Source of the DNA: Paludibacteraceae bacterium
GTDB taxonomy: Bacteria; Bacteroidota; Bacteroidia; Bacteroidales; Paludibacteraceae
Direction of reading: 5' to 3'
Length of the DNA stretch: 64,000 nt
Assembly (NCBI GenBank): GCA_905234685.1
Contig: CAJOIR010000005.1
Coordinates: 1,794 to 65,793, forward strand
Shown here: positions 51,232-60,889 of the stretch, one piece after another
How positions within the stretch are numbered: position 1 is the stretch's first letter
Layout: every line of letters starts with the position of its first letter
Notes under the pieces: model-generated
Databases searched by the model: none
Seen by the model: the letters and a program-made list of their open reading frames with translations, nothing else
What the model was told of the DNA's origin: nothing
Program-made: the position numbers and the translations under genes

Positions 51232-54045
51232 CTACGCTCGAACGATCATACTGTGCGCTCGGTGCGGCTGTTCCGCTTCATAGATGTGAGCGAGGAAATG
51301 TCCGGTGTATGACTGTTTGCATTTCATGAGCATTTCTGGTGTGCCTTCGAACACGATGCCGCCTCCTTTGTCGCCTGCTTCAGGCCCGAGGTCAATAACG
51401 TGGTCTGCCGCCATGATGACAGCTGGATTGTGTTCAATTATTATGACGGTGTGCCCTTTGGCAATGAGTGCATTGAGGGCTTTGAGGAGAACCTTGATGT
51501 CATGGAAATGCAATCCTGTGGTAGGTTCGTCGAAGATGTATATTGTTGGTCTCTGCTTCTCGTCGGCAAGAAACGCTGCGAGTTTAACACGCTGACTCTC
51601 ACCTCCGGAAAGAGTAGATGACGCTTGACCGAGTTTGATATATCCTATGCCCACGTCTTGCAGCGGTTTGAGTCGTTTTACAATCTTCTTCTCCTCTGCA
51701 AAGAACTCTACCGCCTGGTTGACAGTCATGTCAAGCACGTCATAGATGTTCTTCCCTTTGTATTCCACTTCAAGTATGTCTTGCTTGAACCGTTTGCCGT
51801 GGCATTGTTCGCACTCGAGCGTGATGTCAGCCATGAACTGCATTTCCACAGTTACGTAGCCGTCGCCCTTACATTCCTCACACCTGCCTCCGGGGGTGTT
51901 GAAGGAGAAATGTGCGGGAGTGAACCCCATCTGTCTGGCGAGTTGCTGTTCTGCAAAGAGTTTGCGTATCTCGTCATACGCCTTGATGTATGTGACGGGG
52001 TTGCTGCGTGTGGATGTGCCGATAGGGTTCTGGTCGACGAGTTCAATGTCGGTGGCAAGCATCATGCTGCCAGTAAGCACACGGTATGCGCCTGTGTGTT
52101 CGGCTGAGCCTCCGTAGTATTTCTTCAAAGCGGGGTAAAGCACTTCGGTTACAAGTGTTGACTTTCCGCTGCCTGATACGCCTGTCACAACAGTCATCAC
52201 ATTGAGCGGAAAGCGCACATCGATGTTCTTCAGGTTGTTTTCTCTTACGCCTTGCAACTCGATATAGTTGTGCCACGGTCTGCGGAACCGCGGCGTTTCT
52301 ATCACCTCCTTGCCGGTCAGGAAGTCGAGAGTGTATGATTTGCAGTCGGTGGCAGGCGTGATGTCGTCTGTATTTCCCTGCCAAACTATCTCTCCTCCGT
52401 GTCTTCCCGCTTCGGGTCCGATGTCGATGATATAGTCGGCAGCCCGCATGATATCCTCATCATGCTCAACAACGACCACGGTGTTTTTCAGGTCGCGCAA
52501 CTGCCTGAGTACGCTCACCAGTCGGTGTGTGTCGCGCGGATGCAGACCTATGCTGGGTTCGTCAAGCACATAGAGTGAGCCTACCAGACTGCTTCCGAGC
52601 GACTTAGCCAGATTGATACGCTGGCTTTCTCCGCCAGATAGTGTTGCTGACGGGCGGCTCAGAGTAAGATAGTCGAGCCCTACGTCAAGCATGAACTTGA
52701 GCCGCGAGTTGATTTCTGCCAGCAACTGCTTTGCTATGTCTTGTTCATGCTCAGTCAACTTCAACTGACTGAACCAAGCAGCCAAATCGGCAACAGGCAT
52801 TTCTGCCAGTTGGGCGATGTTTTTCCCGCCTATAAATACATATGTTGCCTCTTTGCGCAGTCTGGTGCCGTTACATTCAGGGCATAAAGTCTTACCGCGA
52901 TATCGTGCAAGCATGACTCGGTATTGAATCTTGGCGTATTGTTGTTGCTCAAGCATCCGGAAGAACTCGTTGAGGCCGTGGAAATACTCGTTTCCCGCCC
53001 AGATGAGTTGTCGCTGCTCAGGCGTGAGGAGGTAGAACGGAGTGTGAATAGGAAAGTCGAATTTGCGTGCATTGTTTACAAGTTCGTCTTTCCACAATGA
53101 CATCTTCTCTCCGTGCCAGCACGCTATCGCACCTTCATAAATGCTTTTAGTAGTGTCAGGCACTACGAGTTCAGGGTCGATGCCGATGACATTGCCGAAG
53201 CCGTTGCATACCGGGCATGCTCCAAGAGGGTTGTTGAAGTCGAATAGGTGTTCTGTAGACTCAAGGAATGCAATTCCGTCTGCTTCGAAGCGGGTGGAGA
53301 AATCTTCAGTAATGGTCTTTTCTTCAGTCTCTGCCAGTATTCTGCAGTAACCCTTGCCTTCAAAGAATGCTGTCTGAACTGAATCGGCGAAGCGGTTTGC
53401 AGTGCTCTGCTCGTGGTCAACGATGATTCTGTCGATAAGCAGACAATCGGTGTCAGAGGCTTTGTCGTTGTACGAGATGTCGCTGAAGCGTACTACTTTG
53501 CCTGAGCGGAGGAGTCGTGTGAACCCCTGTTGCTGCCAGATGTCGAGTTGTTGCTTGAGAGTGCGTCCTTCTGGCAGAATGACAGGTGAGAGTAGCATCA
53601 GCTTGGTATTAACAGGCAGCGTAGTAGCATAGGTCACCACATCCTGCACCTGATGACGCTTCACCTCACGACCTGAAACAGGAGATACGGTTCTGCCTAT
53701 ACGCGCAAAGAGGAGTTTCAGGTAGTCATAGATTTCAGTCGAAGTGCCTACAGTGGAGCGTGGGTTCTTGCTTGTTGTCTTCTGCTGAATGGCAATAGCA
53801 GGCGGTATGCCATCGATAAAATCCACTTCAGGTTTTTGCATTCTGCCGAGGAATTGTCGTGCATAAGATGAGAGCGACTCTACATACCGGCGTTGTCCTT
53901 CGGCATACAAAGTGTCGAAAGCGAGACTTGATTTCCCGCTTCCGCTCAGCCCTGTGATAACAACCAACTTGTTTCTCGGAATGTCAACCGTGACGTTTTT
54001 CAAGTTGTGTGTGCGTGCTCCCTGTATGTGGATTACCTGCTTCAA
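51232..54045 (-). CDS. uvrA: Excinuclease ABC subunit A
   Basis: It has two ABC ATPase modules: GLSGSGKSS and GVSGSGKST Walker A, and LSGGE.QR signatures twice. Zinc-finger cysteines are present (CPVCNG, CPECNG, C.EC...C.QC). The start codon is TTG at 54043-54045; no in-frame ATG is available. Confidence 0.95.
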   Translation of the reverse strand: MKQVIHIQGARTHNLKNVTVDIPRNKLVVITGLSGSGKSSLAFDTLYAEGQRRYVESLSSYARQFLGRMQKPEVDFIDGIPPAIAIQQKTTSKNPRSTVGTSTEIYDYLKLLFARIGRTVSPVSGREVKRHQVQDVVTYATTLPVNTKLMLLSPVILPEGRTLKQQLDIWQQQGFTRLLRSGKVVRFSDISYNDKASDTDCLLIDRIIVDHEQSTANRFADSVQTAFFEGKGYCRILAETEEKTITEDFSTRFEADGIAFLESTEHLFDFNNPLGACPVCNGFGNVIGIDPELVVPDTTKSIYEGAIACWHGEKMSLWKDELVNNARKFDFPIHTPFYLLTPEQRQLIWAGNEYFHGLNEFFRMLEQQQYAKIQYRVMLARYRGKTLCPECNGTRLRKEATYVFIGGKNIAQLAEMPVADLAAWFSQLKLTEHEQDIAKQLLAEINSRLKFMLDVGLDYLTLSRPSATLSGGESQRINLAKSLGSSLVGSLYVLDEPSIGLHPRDTHRLVSVLRQLRDLKNTVVVVEHDEDIMRAADYIIDIGPEAGRHGGEIVWQGNTDDITPATDCKSYTLDFLTGKEVIETPRFRRPWHNYIELQGVRENNLKNIDVRFPLNVMTVVTGVSGSGKSTLVTEVLYPALKKYYGGSAEHTGAYRVLTGSMMLATDIELVDQNPIGTSTRSNPVTYIKAYDEIRKLFAEQQLARQMGFTPAHFSFNTPGGRCEECKGDGYVTVEMQFMADITLECEQCHGKRFKQDILEVEYKGKNIYDVLDMTVNQAVEFFAEEKKIVKRLKPLQDVGIGYIKLGQASSTLSGGESQRVKLAAFLADEKQRPTIYIFDEPTTGLHFHDIKVLLKALNALIAKGHTVIIIEHNPAVIMAADHVIDLGPEAGDKGGGIVFEGTPEMLMKCKQSYTGHFLAHIYEAEQPHRAHSMIVRA

Positions 54046-54055
54046 GTTTCAAATG

Positions 54056-55252
54056 TCATGCTTTCTTCAGTATCTTCTTTTCCAACTCTTTAGCTTGCTT
54101 CATTGAACGCTCGTTCTTAGTGTCAATCAGGAAGCCGGGTAACTGAGGAATACGCAATTTGGTGCCGATACCAATTCTGTTGGGGTCTTGTATTCTGTCG
54201 CGGTTGGCCTCGTAAATATATACCCAGAAATAAGATGCTCCGTAGTATTTGCGTGAAATGTGCGTGAGTCGGCTACCTTCGGTGAGAGTCTCTACCTTTA
54301 TGAAGGTGTCGTAGGTGCGCTCTGCGCCGTACCATGCCTGCTCAGGGTCTGCTGGTATAGTCTGCTCCTGTGTCGTCTGCTCGTCGGCAGGAGAGAACTG
54401 ACTCTGTTCGATGGTGTTAATGTCGTTGACGGGAGTGACATCTGTGTTGTCGTCAATAACATCAACCGGTTGTGGCTCGGAGACTACGTTCTCTATTTTT
54501 TCAGGTTTGGGGTCAAGCAGATGGTCTGCCCACGTTGTGAGTTTGTGACGCAGGAAGAAGTAAGCACCGACAAGGAGCAGGCAGAATAACAATATGGTGA
54601 TTCCTGCAACTTTCCAAGGGTGAAACTCATTCTGTTTTCTCTTCGGTTCCGACTCCGGCGTTCGAGGCTCTGGTGTTGACTCCGAAGTAACAGGCACTGA
54701 ATCCGGTTCAGTGGGCTCAGTACTCTCTGTGGTCTCAGTGGTCTCTGGCGTTTCAGTACTCTCTGTGGTCTCGGTGATTTCAGGAGTATCAGGCGTTTCA
54801 GGCGTTTGCTCTGTTTCCGGTGTGGTGGCGAGACCTATTTCAGCGAGTATGTCTTTTATCTCCTCAGCCTGTTCTCCGAGTTTTTTTAGCGGGTCAACGG
54901 CTTCGTCTGCTATCGGTGAGTGAGTGTTACCGGGCAGTTTTACGGAAGCAAGGTGTGCGAGAGGCGCATTGGCTTGTTCGCTTATAGTCTTTTCCGGCGT
55001 GAACACCACTTTGTTGTAGCCTTCGATGATGATACTCTCGCCTGTCTTTATGTTGACACTCTTTCTTGGTTTTACACTTTGTACTTTGAATGTGCCCAGA
55101 CCATTGAGTTTTACTTGTCCGTCTTCCTTCAAGCCTGCCACTATGGTGCCGAAGAAGAAATCAAGAAACAAGGCGGCTTTGCTTTCCGTAATGCCTGCCT
55201 GCTTTGCCAACAGTTTTCTGAGATTGGCAGTTGTCAGTTTTTTCTCTCCCAT
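54056..55252 (-). CDS. HU-domain fusion protein: N-terminal HU/IHF-like domain, acidic T/E/P linker, TM helix and C-terminal LysM-like domain
   Basis: The N-terminus [74 protein letters not shown] is HU-like. The linker is [40 protein letters not shown]. The TM helix is [19 protein letters not shown]. The C-terminus ISRKYYG....[24 protein letters not shown] is LysM-like. Confidence 0.7.
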   Translation of the reverse strand: MGEKKLTTANLRKLLAKQAGITESKAALFLDFFFGTIVAGLKEDGQVKLNGLGTFKVQSVKPRKSVNIKTGESIIIEGYNKVVFTPEKTISEQANAPLAHLASVKLPGNTHSPIADEAVDPLKKLGEQAEEIKDILAEIGLATTPETEQTPETPDTPEITETTESTETPETTETTESTEPTEPDSVPVTSESTPEPRTPESEPKRKQNEFHPWKVAGITILLFCLLLVGAYFFLRHKLTTWADHLLDPKPEKIENVVSEPQPVDVIDDNTDVTPVNDINTIEQSQFSPADEQTTQEQTIPADPEQAWYGAERTYDTFIKVETLTEGSRLTHISRKYYGASYFWVYIYEANRDRIQDPNRIGIGTKLRIPQLPGFLIDTKNERSMKQAKELEKKILKKA

Positions 55253-55254
55253 AG

Positions 55255-55533
55255 TTAAATACTTTTAATGTCGTTTTTAAGACTTGGTGTCTGCTTGAAT
55301 GTGATTTGTCTCTTTGCAGGTGTGAGAGTGCGTTCTCCTGTCATAGGATGCACAGTGACGCGTTCTCTCTTGTCCTTCAGACTGAAATCACCGAAGTCCT
55401 GAATGTGCACAGGTGTACCTTCAAGCACAATGTTAGCAAGCAAGCCTGTAGTAGCGTCAACCAACTTGGCGACTTCTGCTTTGCTAATGCCACTTGCAGC
55501 AGAGATGTCTGATATGAGTTCCTTTGTTGTCAT
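55255..55533 (-). CDS. HU-family DNA-binding protein
   Basis: 92 aa, with a TKELISDISAASGISKAEVAKLVDA...GDFSLKDKRERVTVHPMTGERTLTPAKRQITFK HU fold pattern. Confidence 0.85.
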   Translation of the reverse strand: MTTKELISDISAASGISKAEVAKLVDATTGLLANIVLEGTPVHIQDFGDFSLKDKRERVTVHPMTGERTLTPAKRQITFKQTPSLKNDIKSI

Positions 55534-55557
55534 GCGTGAAGACTGGTATATAAAGAT

Positions 55558-56889
55558 TTATGTTGGTGTGTTATTTGTTACTGTTGCGTACAAGTCGAAT
55601 GTGTCGGCTTCTGTTATCTTGGCCGTATAAAAACTGCCTGTTGTCAGATTCGGGTTAGTCTTTTTACTGAGAAGCACTTCTCCGTCCACCTCAGGCGAGT
55701 CGAACTCCGTGCGTCCGATATAATAGTCAGTTTCTTCGCGGTCGATTACAATCTGCATTGTACTGCCTACTTTCTCAGCATTTATTTCAGCCGCAATACT
55801 CTCCTGAAGACTCATCAGACGGTCAAGTCTCTGTTGCTTGACAGACTGCGGAATGTTGTCGGTGTAATGCGCGTTGGCATAGGTGCCTTCTTCATCGCTA
55901 TAAGCAAATGCTCCGAGTCGCTCGAAACGCATATCGCTAATCCACTGACAGAGTTCCTCGAAGTCTTTCTCAGTCTCATCGGGGTGCCCAACGAGCATGG
56001 TTGTGCGCAGGTGAATGCCTGGTACTTCGCTGCGTATCTGCCTGATGAGGGCAGTCTGACGCTCATGGTTGATATGTCGGCGCATGAGTGAAAGCATGTG
56101 GTCGGAAGAGTGTTGGAGTGCGATATCGAGATACTTGCATACGTTGTTTTTTTCTCGTATGACACTCAACAGGTCAGTAGGGAAATCAGTAGGGTAGGCA
56201 TAATGCAAGCGTATCCAGCGAATACCCTCAACATCGCTAATCCTGTCGATGAGTTCGGCAATCTTGCTCTGTTTGTATAAGTCGATGCCGTAGTAAGTCA
56301 AGTCCTGTGCAATGACTTGCAGTTCCTTCACTCCCTTATCCGCAAGCCAGCGTACCTCCTGAACGATGTCTTCTATCGTCCGACTCTTGTATCTACCCGT
56401 GATTACAGGAATAGCACAATAAGAGCAGAAGCGGTTGCAACCCTCTGCAATCTTGAGATAGGCATAGTGTGAAGGCGTGGTGAGAGTACGGCCATACGAC
56501 AAGGAGAGGTTGTCGCATGCTACGGGTGCCTTCTGCATGAGGTCAGATACTAGATTCATAAAGTCGAACTTGCCGTAGAACTTGTCCACCTCTGGCAATT
56601 CTCCTTTGAGTTCAGCGAGATAACGCTCCGAAAGACACCCCATGACATAGAGTTTGCCAAGCTGGCGTTTCTTTTTCCTTTGTGCAAACTGGAGAATGGT
56701 ATTTATACTCTCTTCCTTGGCATCACCTATGAAACCACAAGTGTTGATGACAGCAATCTCACCATGTGGCTCAGGAGAGTCGTGCACACAGCGAAATCCT
56801 GCTTGCTGAAGCCTGAATATCAGCCGCTCGGTGTCAACGAGGTTTTTTGAGCAGCCAAGAGTTATTATGTCGATTTCTCCTTTATGCAA
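55558..56889 (-). CDS. rimO: Ribosomal protein S12 methylthiotransferase RimO
   Basis: It has the MTTase N-domain TLGCSKN and the radical SAM motif CNRFCSYC. A C-terminal TRAM domain is present. The start codon is TTG at 56887-56889. Confidence 0.92.
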   Translation of the reverse strand: MHKGEIDIITLGCSKNLVDTERLIFRLQQAGFRCVHDSPEPHGEIAVINTCGFIGDAKEESINTILQFAQRKKKRQLGKLYVMGCLSERYLAELKGELPEVDKFYGKFDFMNLVSDLMQKAPVACDNLSLSYGRTLTTPSHYAYLKIAEGCNRFCSYCAIPVITGRYKSRTIEDIVQEVRWLADKGVKELQVIAQDLTYYGIDLYKQSKIAELIDRISDVEGIRWIRLHYAYPTDFPTDLLSVIREKNNVCKYLDIALQHSSDHMLSLMRRHINHERQTALIRQIRSEVPGIHLRTTMLVGHPDETEKDFEELCQWISDMRFERLGAFAYSDEEGTYANAHYTDNIPQSVKQQRLDRLMSLQESIAAEINAEKVGSTMQIVIDREETDYYIGRTEFDSPEVDGEVLLSKKTNPNLTTGSFYTAKITEADTFDLYATVTNNTPT

Positions 56890-56915
56890 TGTGTGTGTAT
56901 AAATCAGAATAGGTT

Positions 56916-56983
56916 GATCTATGCTTCAGGTTACGATGAGGTCTCGATGAGGTTACGATGAGGTCTCGATGGTCTATGCTTGG
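56916..56983. repeat. 11-nt tandem array (TTACGATGAGG/TCTCGATGAGG), inverted copy of 29441-29501
   Basis: The sequence is gatctatgcttcagg ttacgatgagg tctcgatgagg ttacgatgagg tctcgatgg tctatgcttgg. It is bracketed by the direct repeat tctatgctt. It lies between the recQ stop and the rimO start. Confidence 0.9.
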
Positions 56984-57019
56984 TTTGAGGTTGGTTTTTG
57001 GTCGGTTTTGCGCTTGTTT

Positions 57020-59200
57020 TCAACTGCCGAGTTCACACTGGAACTTGATTCTGACGAGCCTGACTTCTATCTCTGTGAAGTCGTCTTCACCGAGTGCCAC
57101 AAGCGCCTTGGCTATATTGTCGGTTTCGGCATTCTTGAAGTAGTCGTAAATCTCCTCTTCCTTGTCAGGGTCAACCACTTCTTCAATGAAATAGTTGATG
57201 TTGATTTTCGTACCTGAGTAAACGATTGCCTCGATTTCTTCCAGCAACTCCTCCATAGACATGCCTTTCGACTCTGCGAGGTCATCAAGGTCTTTCTTGA
57301 GGTCTATAGCCTGAATGATGCTGATTTTCAGTTGCGACTTCTTGGCAACTGTTCTAACGCGCAGGTCTTCCGGGCGTATGATGTCGTTCTCGTCAACGTA
57401 CTCTTTGATGATATGTATGAACTCTTCGCCATATCTTTTTGCTTTTCCTGCACCGACACCAGGTATGTTTTGGAGTTCTTCAATGGTGATGGGGTAGGAT
57501 GTCGCCATAGCTTCGAGACTGGGGTCTTGGAAGATGACGAATGGCGGCACGTCAAGCTGTTTGGAAATCTTCTTTCTGATGTCTTTAAGAATAGAGAAGA
57601 GTACCTCGTCGGCAGCAGAGCCGCTTGCGATAGTCGGCTCAAGGTCTTCTTCGGCGTCCTGAGTGTTTTCAACAGGCACCTTGAATTCACCGCCTTTCTT
57701 CAAGAACTTTTTGCCTTCGGCGGTCAGTTTGAGGTCGCCATACGACTCGATGTCTTTTCTTATCAGTCCTACAAGCATTGCCTGCCTTATAATGGCTTGG
57801 AGGGTACTTTCCTCCTCATCGTCAGCAGCGCCGAAGTTTTCAAGTTCGTTATGCTTGTAACTGATTACGGTGGCGGTTTCGTTGCCTTTTAGAATGTCGA
57901 TGATATGTTCAGACTTGAACTTCTCGTTGAGTTGCTGAATGGTCTCCAGAATGAGTTGCAACAACTCGCTCGCATCGATTATGGTATAAGTCTTTCGGCA
58001 GTTGTCGCAATTGCCGCAATTATCCTGATTGTACTCTTCTCCGAAATAGTGCAGAAGCAGCTTACGGCGACAGAGAGTGGACTCGGCATAACTCTGTGTC
58101 TCAAAGAGCAACTGGTTGCCAATCTCCTGTTCTGCCACAGGTTTGCCCTGCTGGAACTTGCGCAGGCGCTCAATGTCTTTGGGCGAGTAAAAACAGATGC
58201 ACTGTCCTTCGCCGCCGTCACGACCAGAGCGTCCGGTTTCCTGATAGTATCCTTCAAGCGACTTGGGTATGTCGTAGTGCACAACAAACCTGACGTCGGG
58301 TTTGTCGATACCCATACCAAAGGCGATGGTGGCAACGATGACCTGCGCTTTTTCCATGAGGAAGTCATCCTGGTTCTGTGTTCGCACTGCGGTCTCCATG
58401 CCGGCATGATAAGGTAGAGCGGCGATGTTGTTTACCTGCAATGTCTGAGCGAGATCTTCTACAGTCTTGCGCGATAGACAATATACGATGCCGGACTTAC
58501 CCTCCATGGATCGGATAAACTTGATAAGTTCTTTGTCCACGTCATCGGTTTTCTGCCTTACTTCGTAATAAAGGTTAGGACGGTTGAAGGAAGACTTGAA
58601 GACCTGGGCATTGAGCATGTCGAGGTTCTTTTGTATGTCGTGTTGTACTTTAGGCGTAGCAGTGGCAGTGAGCGCAATGATTGGCGCGCGCCCAATGCGC
58701 GTGACAATAGGCAGTATGCGGCGGTATTCAGGACGGAAGTCGTGTCCCCATTCGGAGATACAATGCGCTTCGTCCACAGCATAGAAGGAAATTTTCACGT
58801 TTTGCAGGAAATCAACGTTGTCGTCCTTGTTGAGTGACTCAGGTGCCACATACAGAAGTTTTGTCTTGCCAGCAAGGATATCATCTTTTACCGACAGTAT
58901 CTCGGCTTTTGACAGCGAAGAGTTGATAAAATGTGCAATACCGTCTTCTTCGGAGTAGTTGCGCATAGCATCAACCTGATTTTTCATGAGTGCTATAAGG
59001 GGGGAGATGACAATAGCTGTTCCCTCCATGAGTAGAGACGGCAACTGGTAGCATAAGCTCTTGCCCCCTCCCGTTGGCATAAGGACGAAAGTGTCGTTGC
59101 CATCCATCAGATTGCTGATGATAGCCTCCTGATTGCCTTTGAATGCATCGAAGCCAAAATTCATTTTCAAGGCTTCTATTAGTTCTTCGTGTCTGTTCAT
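57020..59200 (-). CDS. recQ: ATP-dependent DNA helicase RecQ
   Basis: It carries FGFDAFKGNQEAII, the Walker A motif MPTGGGKSLCYQ and the DEAH box. The RecQ-Ct zinc motif C.........C..CD.C is present, as is a C-terminal HRDC domain. Confidence 0.95.
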   Translation of the reverse strand: MNRHEELIEALKMNFGFDAFKGNQEAIISNLMDGNDTFVLMPTGGGKSLCYQLPSLLMEGTAIVISPLIALMKNQVDAMRNYSEEDGIAHFINSSLSKAEILSVKDDILAGKTKLLYVAPESLNKDDNVDFLQNVKISFYAVDEAHCISEWGHDFRPEYRRILPIVTRIGRAPIIALTATATPKVQHDIQKNLDMLNAQVFKSSFNRPNLYYEVRQKTDDVDKELIKFIRSMEGKSGIVYCLSRKTVEDLAQTLQVNNIAALPYHAGMETAVRTQNQDDFLMEKAQVIVATIAFGMGIDKPDVRFVVHYDIPKSLEGYYQETGRSGRDGGEGQCICFYSPKDIERLRKFQQGKPVAEQEIGNQLLFETQSYAESTLCRRKLLLHYFGEEYNQDNCGNCDNCRKTYTIIDASELLQLILETIQQLNEKFKSEHIIDILKGNETATVISYKHNELENFGAADDEEESTLQAIIRQAMLVGLIRKDIESYGDLKLTAEGKKFLKKGGEFKVPVENTQDAEEDLEPTIASGSAADEVLFSILKDIRKKISKQLDVPPFVIFQDPSLEAMATSYPITIEELQNIPGVGAGKAKRYGEEFIHIIKEYVDENDIIRPEDLRVRTVAKKSQLKISIIQAIDLKKDLDDLAESKGMSMEELLEEIEAIVYSGTKININYFIEEVVDPDKEEEIYDYFKNAETDNIAKALVALGEDDFTEIEVRLVRIKFQCELGS

Positions 59201-59262
59201 AGACTATGATAAAGGTGAATTAATTTCCTGCTGCAACAAAATGCTGCAATTGTTTCAGTGCA

Positions 59263-59270
59263 CAAAAATA
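59263..59270 (-). promoter_or_regulatory. Candidate -7 box (TATTTTTG on the minus strand) for recQ
   Basis: The plus strand reads CAAAAATA, 63 nt upstream of the ATG at 59200. Confidence 0.4.
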
Positions 59271-59450
59271 ATACAAGTTTAGAAAACGTACAAGGAAATT
59301 CTGCATTATCAGTGAGTTTTTTTTCAGACTACTGTGAGTATAAGCAAAACAGACTGATTTTTACATGATACGACATACGCAGATTAATGGTGGAAAATAA
59401 CTTTTTTCAGGGTATATGTAAAAATATTTTGCAATATAAAAGAAAAGCAG

Positions 59451-59458
59451 TATCTTTG
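59451..59458 (+). promoter_or_regulatory. Candidate -7 box (TATCTTTG) for the MFS sugar transporter / SusC
   Basis: Perfect TAnnTTTG match 28 nt upstream of the ATG at 59486. It lies inside the longer track ORF, which supports the downstream start. Confidence 0.5.
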
Positions 59459-59485
59459 CAGGTCCTAAAAATTGAAGAGATATTC

Positions 59486-60835
59486 ATGGAAAAACGCGAT
59501 TTGTCCTTTGGGCAACTATTCAATTTGAGTTTCGGCTTCTTCGGCGTACAAATAGCCTATGCACTTCAGAGCGCGAACATAAGCCGTATATTCGCCACAC
59601 TTGGTGCAGATCCGCACCAACTCAGTTTCTTCTGGATTCTTCCGCCTTTGATGGGCATGGTGGTACAACCGCTGATAGGTATATTGTCGGACAAGACCTG
59701 GTTTGGCAAGTTCTTTGGCAGGCGCAAGTTCTATCTGCTGATAGGTGCGCTGATAGCCGTTGCTGTGATGGCGCTGCTGCCCAATGCGGGTGACTTCACG
59801 TTTGAACAGCGTATATATCTGGGGCTTAACTCCGCAATGTGGTTCGGTCTGTTCTCCCTAATGTTTCTTGATACTAGTATCAACATAGCCATGCAGCCAT
59901 TCAAGATGATGGTAGGAGACATGGTCAACGAGAGACAGAAAGGAACAGCATACGCCATTCAGTCGGCACTCTGCAATGCAGGTTCGCTGGTAGGGTACTT
60001 GTTCCCGATATTCTTCACATGGATTGGTATAGCCAACACTGCTCCTGAAGGAGTGATACCTGATTCCGTGAAATGGTCGTTTTATGTGGGTGCTGCGATA
60101 TTGATACTTTGTGTGCTCTACACATTCTTTGCGGTTGAGGAAATGGGCCCTGAGGAGTATGCCAAGTTCCACGGCTTGAATGACGAGCATGCAAGCGATC
60201 AGGGTGAGGACTCTTCCACGAGTTTTATAGTAAGGGCTTTTCTGACTGTCGGACTCGTGCAGTTCTTCTGCTGGGCGGCATTCATGTATATGTGGACATA
60301 TTCCAACGGTGCCATTGCAACACAGTGTTTCGGTTGGGACGGTGTGAACACAGCAGACGAGTCGTTCCAGTCCGCCGGCAACTGGGTAGGGGTATGTTTC
60401 GCAGTTCAGGCAGTAGGTTCTTTGCTTTGGGCGATGCTTCTGCCGATGCTTGAGAAATGGACAGGCAACAAGGGGGCATACGCCATCTCGCTTATCGTGG
60501 GCGGTCTGGGCTTTGCATCAACCATGCTGGTTACGAACCAGTATGTACTGCTTGCAAGTTATGCATTTATAGGTGCTGCCTGGGCAGCGATGCTTGCATT
60601 GCCGTTCACTATAATTACGAACGCCATATCAGGCAGCAAGTACATGGGTACATTGCTCGGCTTGTTCAACTGCACCATTTGTCTTCCGCAGATTATAGCA
60701 GCATTGCTTGGCGGCGTACTCCTTAAAAATATATGTTCAGGCAGTCAGGTGATGATGCTTGTGACAGCAGGTGTGCTTCTGGGTTTAGGCGCTCTGGCAG
60801 TGTTCACCATCAAGGAGAGGGGACACAAAGGATAA
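59486..60835 (+). CDS. MFS sugar transporter, SLC45/GPH-like (sucrose/maltose-type)
   Basis: The start is MEKRDLSFGQLFNLSFGFFGVQIAYALQ. It has the LSD(K/R)...G.RR(K/P) motif typical of SLC45-like transporters and 12 hydrophobic segments. Confidence 0.75.
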   Translation: MEKRDLSFGQLFNLSFGFFGVQIAYALQSANISRIFATLGADPHQLSFFWILPPLMGMVVQPLIGILSDKTWFGKFFGRRKFYLLIGALIAVAVMALLPNAGDFTFEQRIYLGLNSAMWFGLFSLMFLDTSINIAMQPFKMMVGDMVNERQKGTAYAIQSALCNAGSLVGYLFPIFFTWIGIANTAPEGVIPDSVKWSFYVGAAILILCVLYTFFAVEEMGPEEYAKFHGLNDEHASDQGEDSSTSFIVRAFLTVGLVQFFCWAAFMYMWTYSNGAIATQCFGWDGVNTADESFQSAGNWVGVCFAVQAVGSLLWAMLLPMLEKWTGNKGAYAISLIVGGLGFASTMLVTNQYVLLASYAFIGAAWAAMLALPFTIITNAISGSKYMGTLLGLFNCTICLPQIIAALLGGVLLKNICSGSQVMMLVTAGVLLGLGALAVFTIKERGHKG

Positions 60836-60889
60836 GGTTACAAGATATAATATGAGACAAAATACACATAACATTAAAATTATATCAGC

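Noticed and set aside
51121-51312. A 63-aa ORF between the 867-aa gene and uvrA.
   Set aside because: It spans the 17-bp-stem palindrome and overlaps the uvrA 3' end on the opposite strand, and it has no supporting features.
54711-54923. ORF 54711..54923(+), rich in SVVSGVS repeats.
   Set aside because: It is the antisense translation of the T/E/P-rich linker of the HU-fusion gene 54056..55252.
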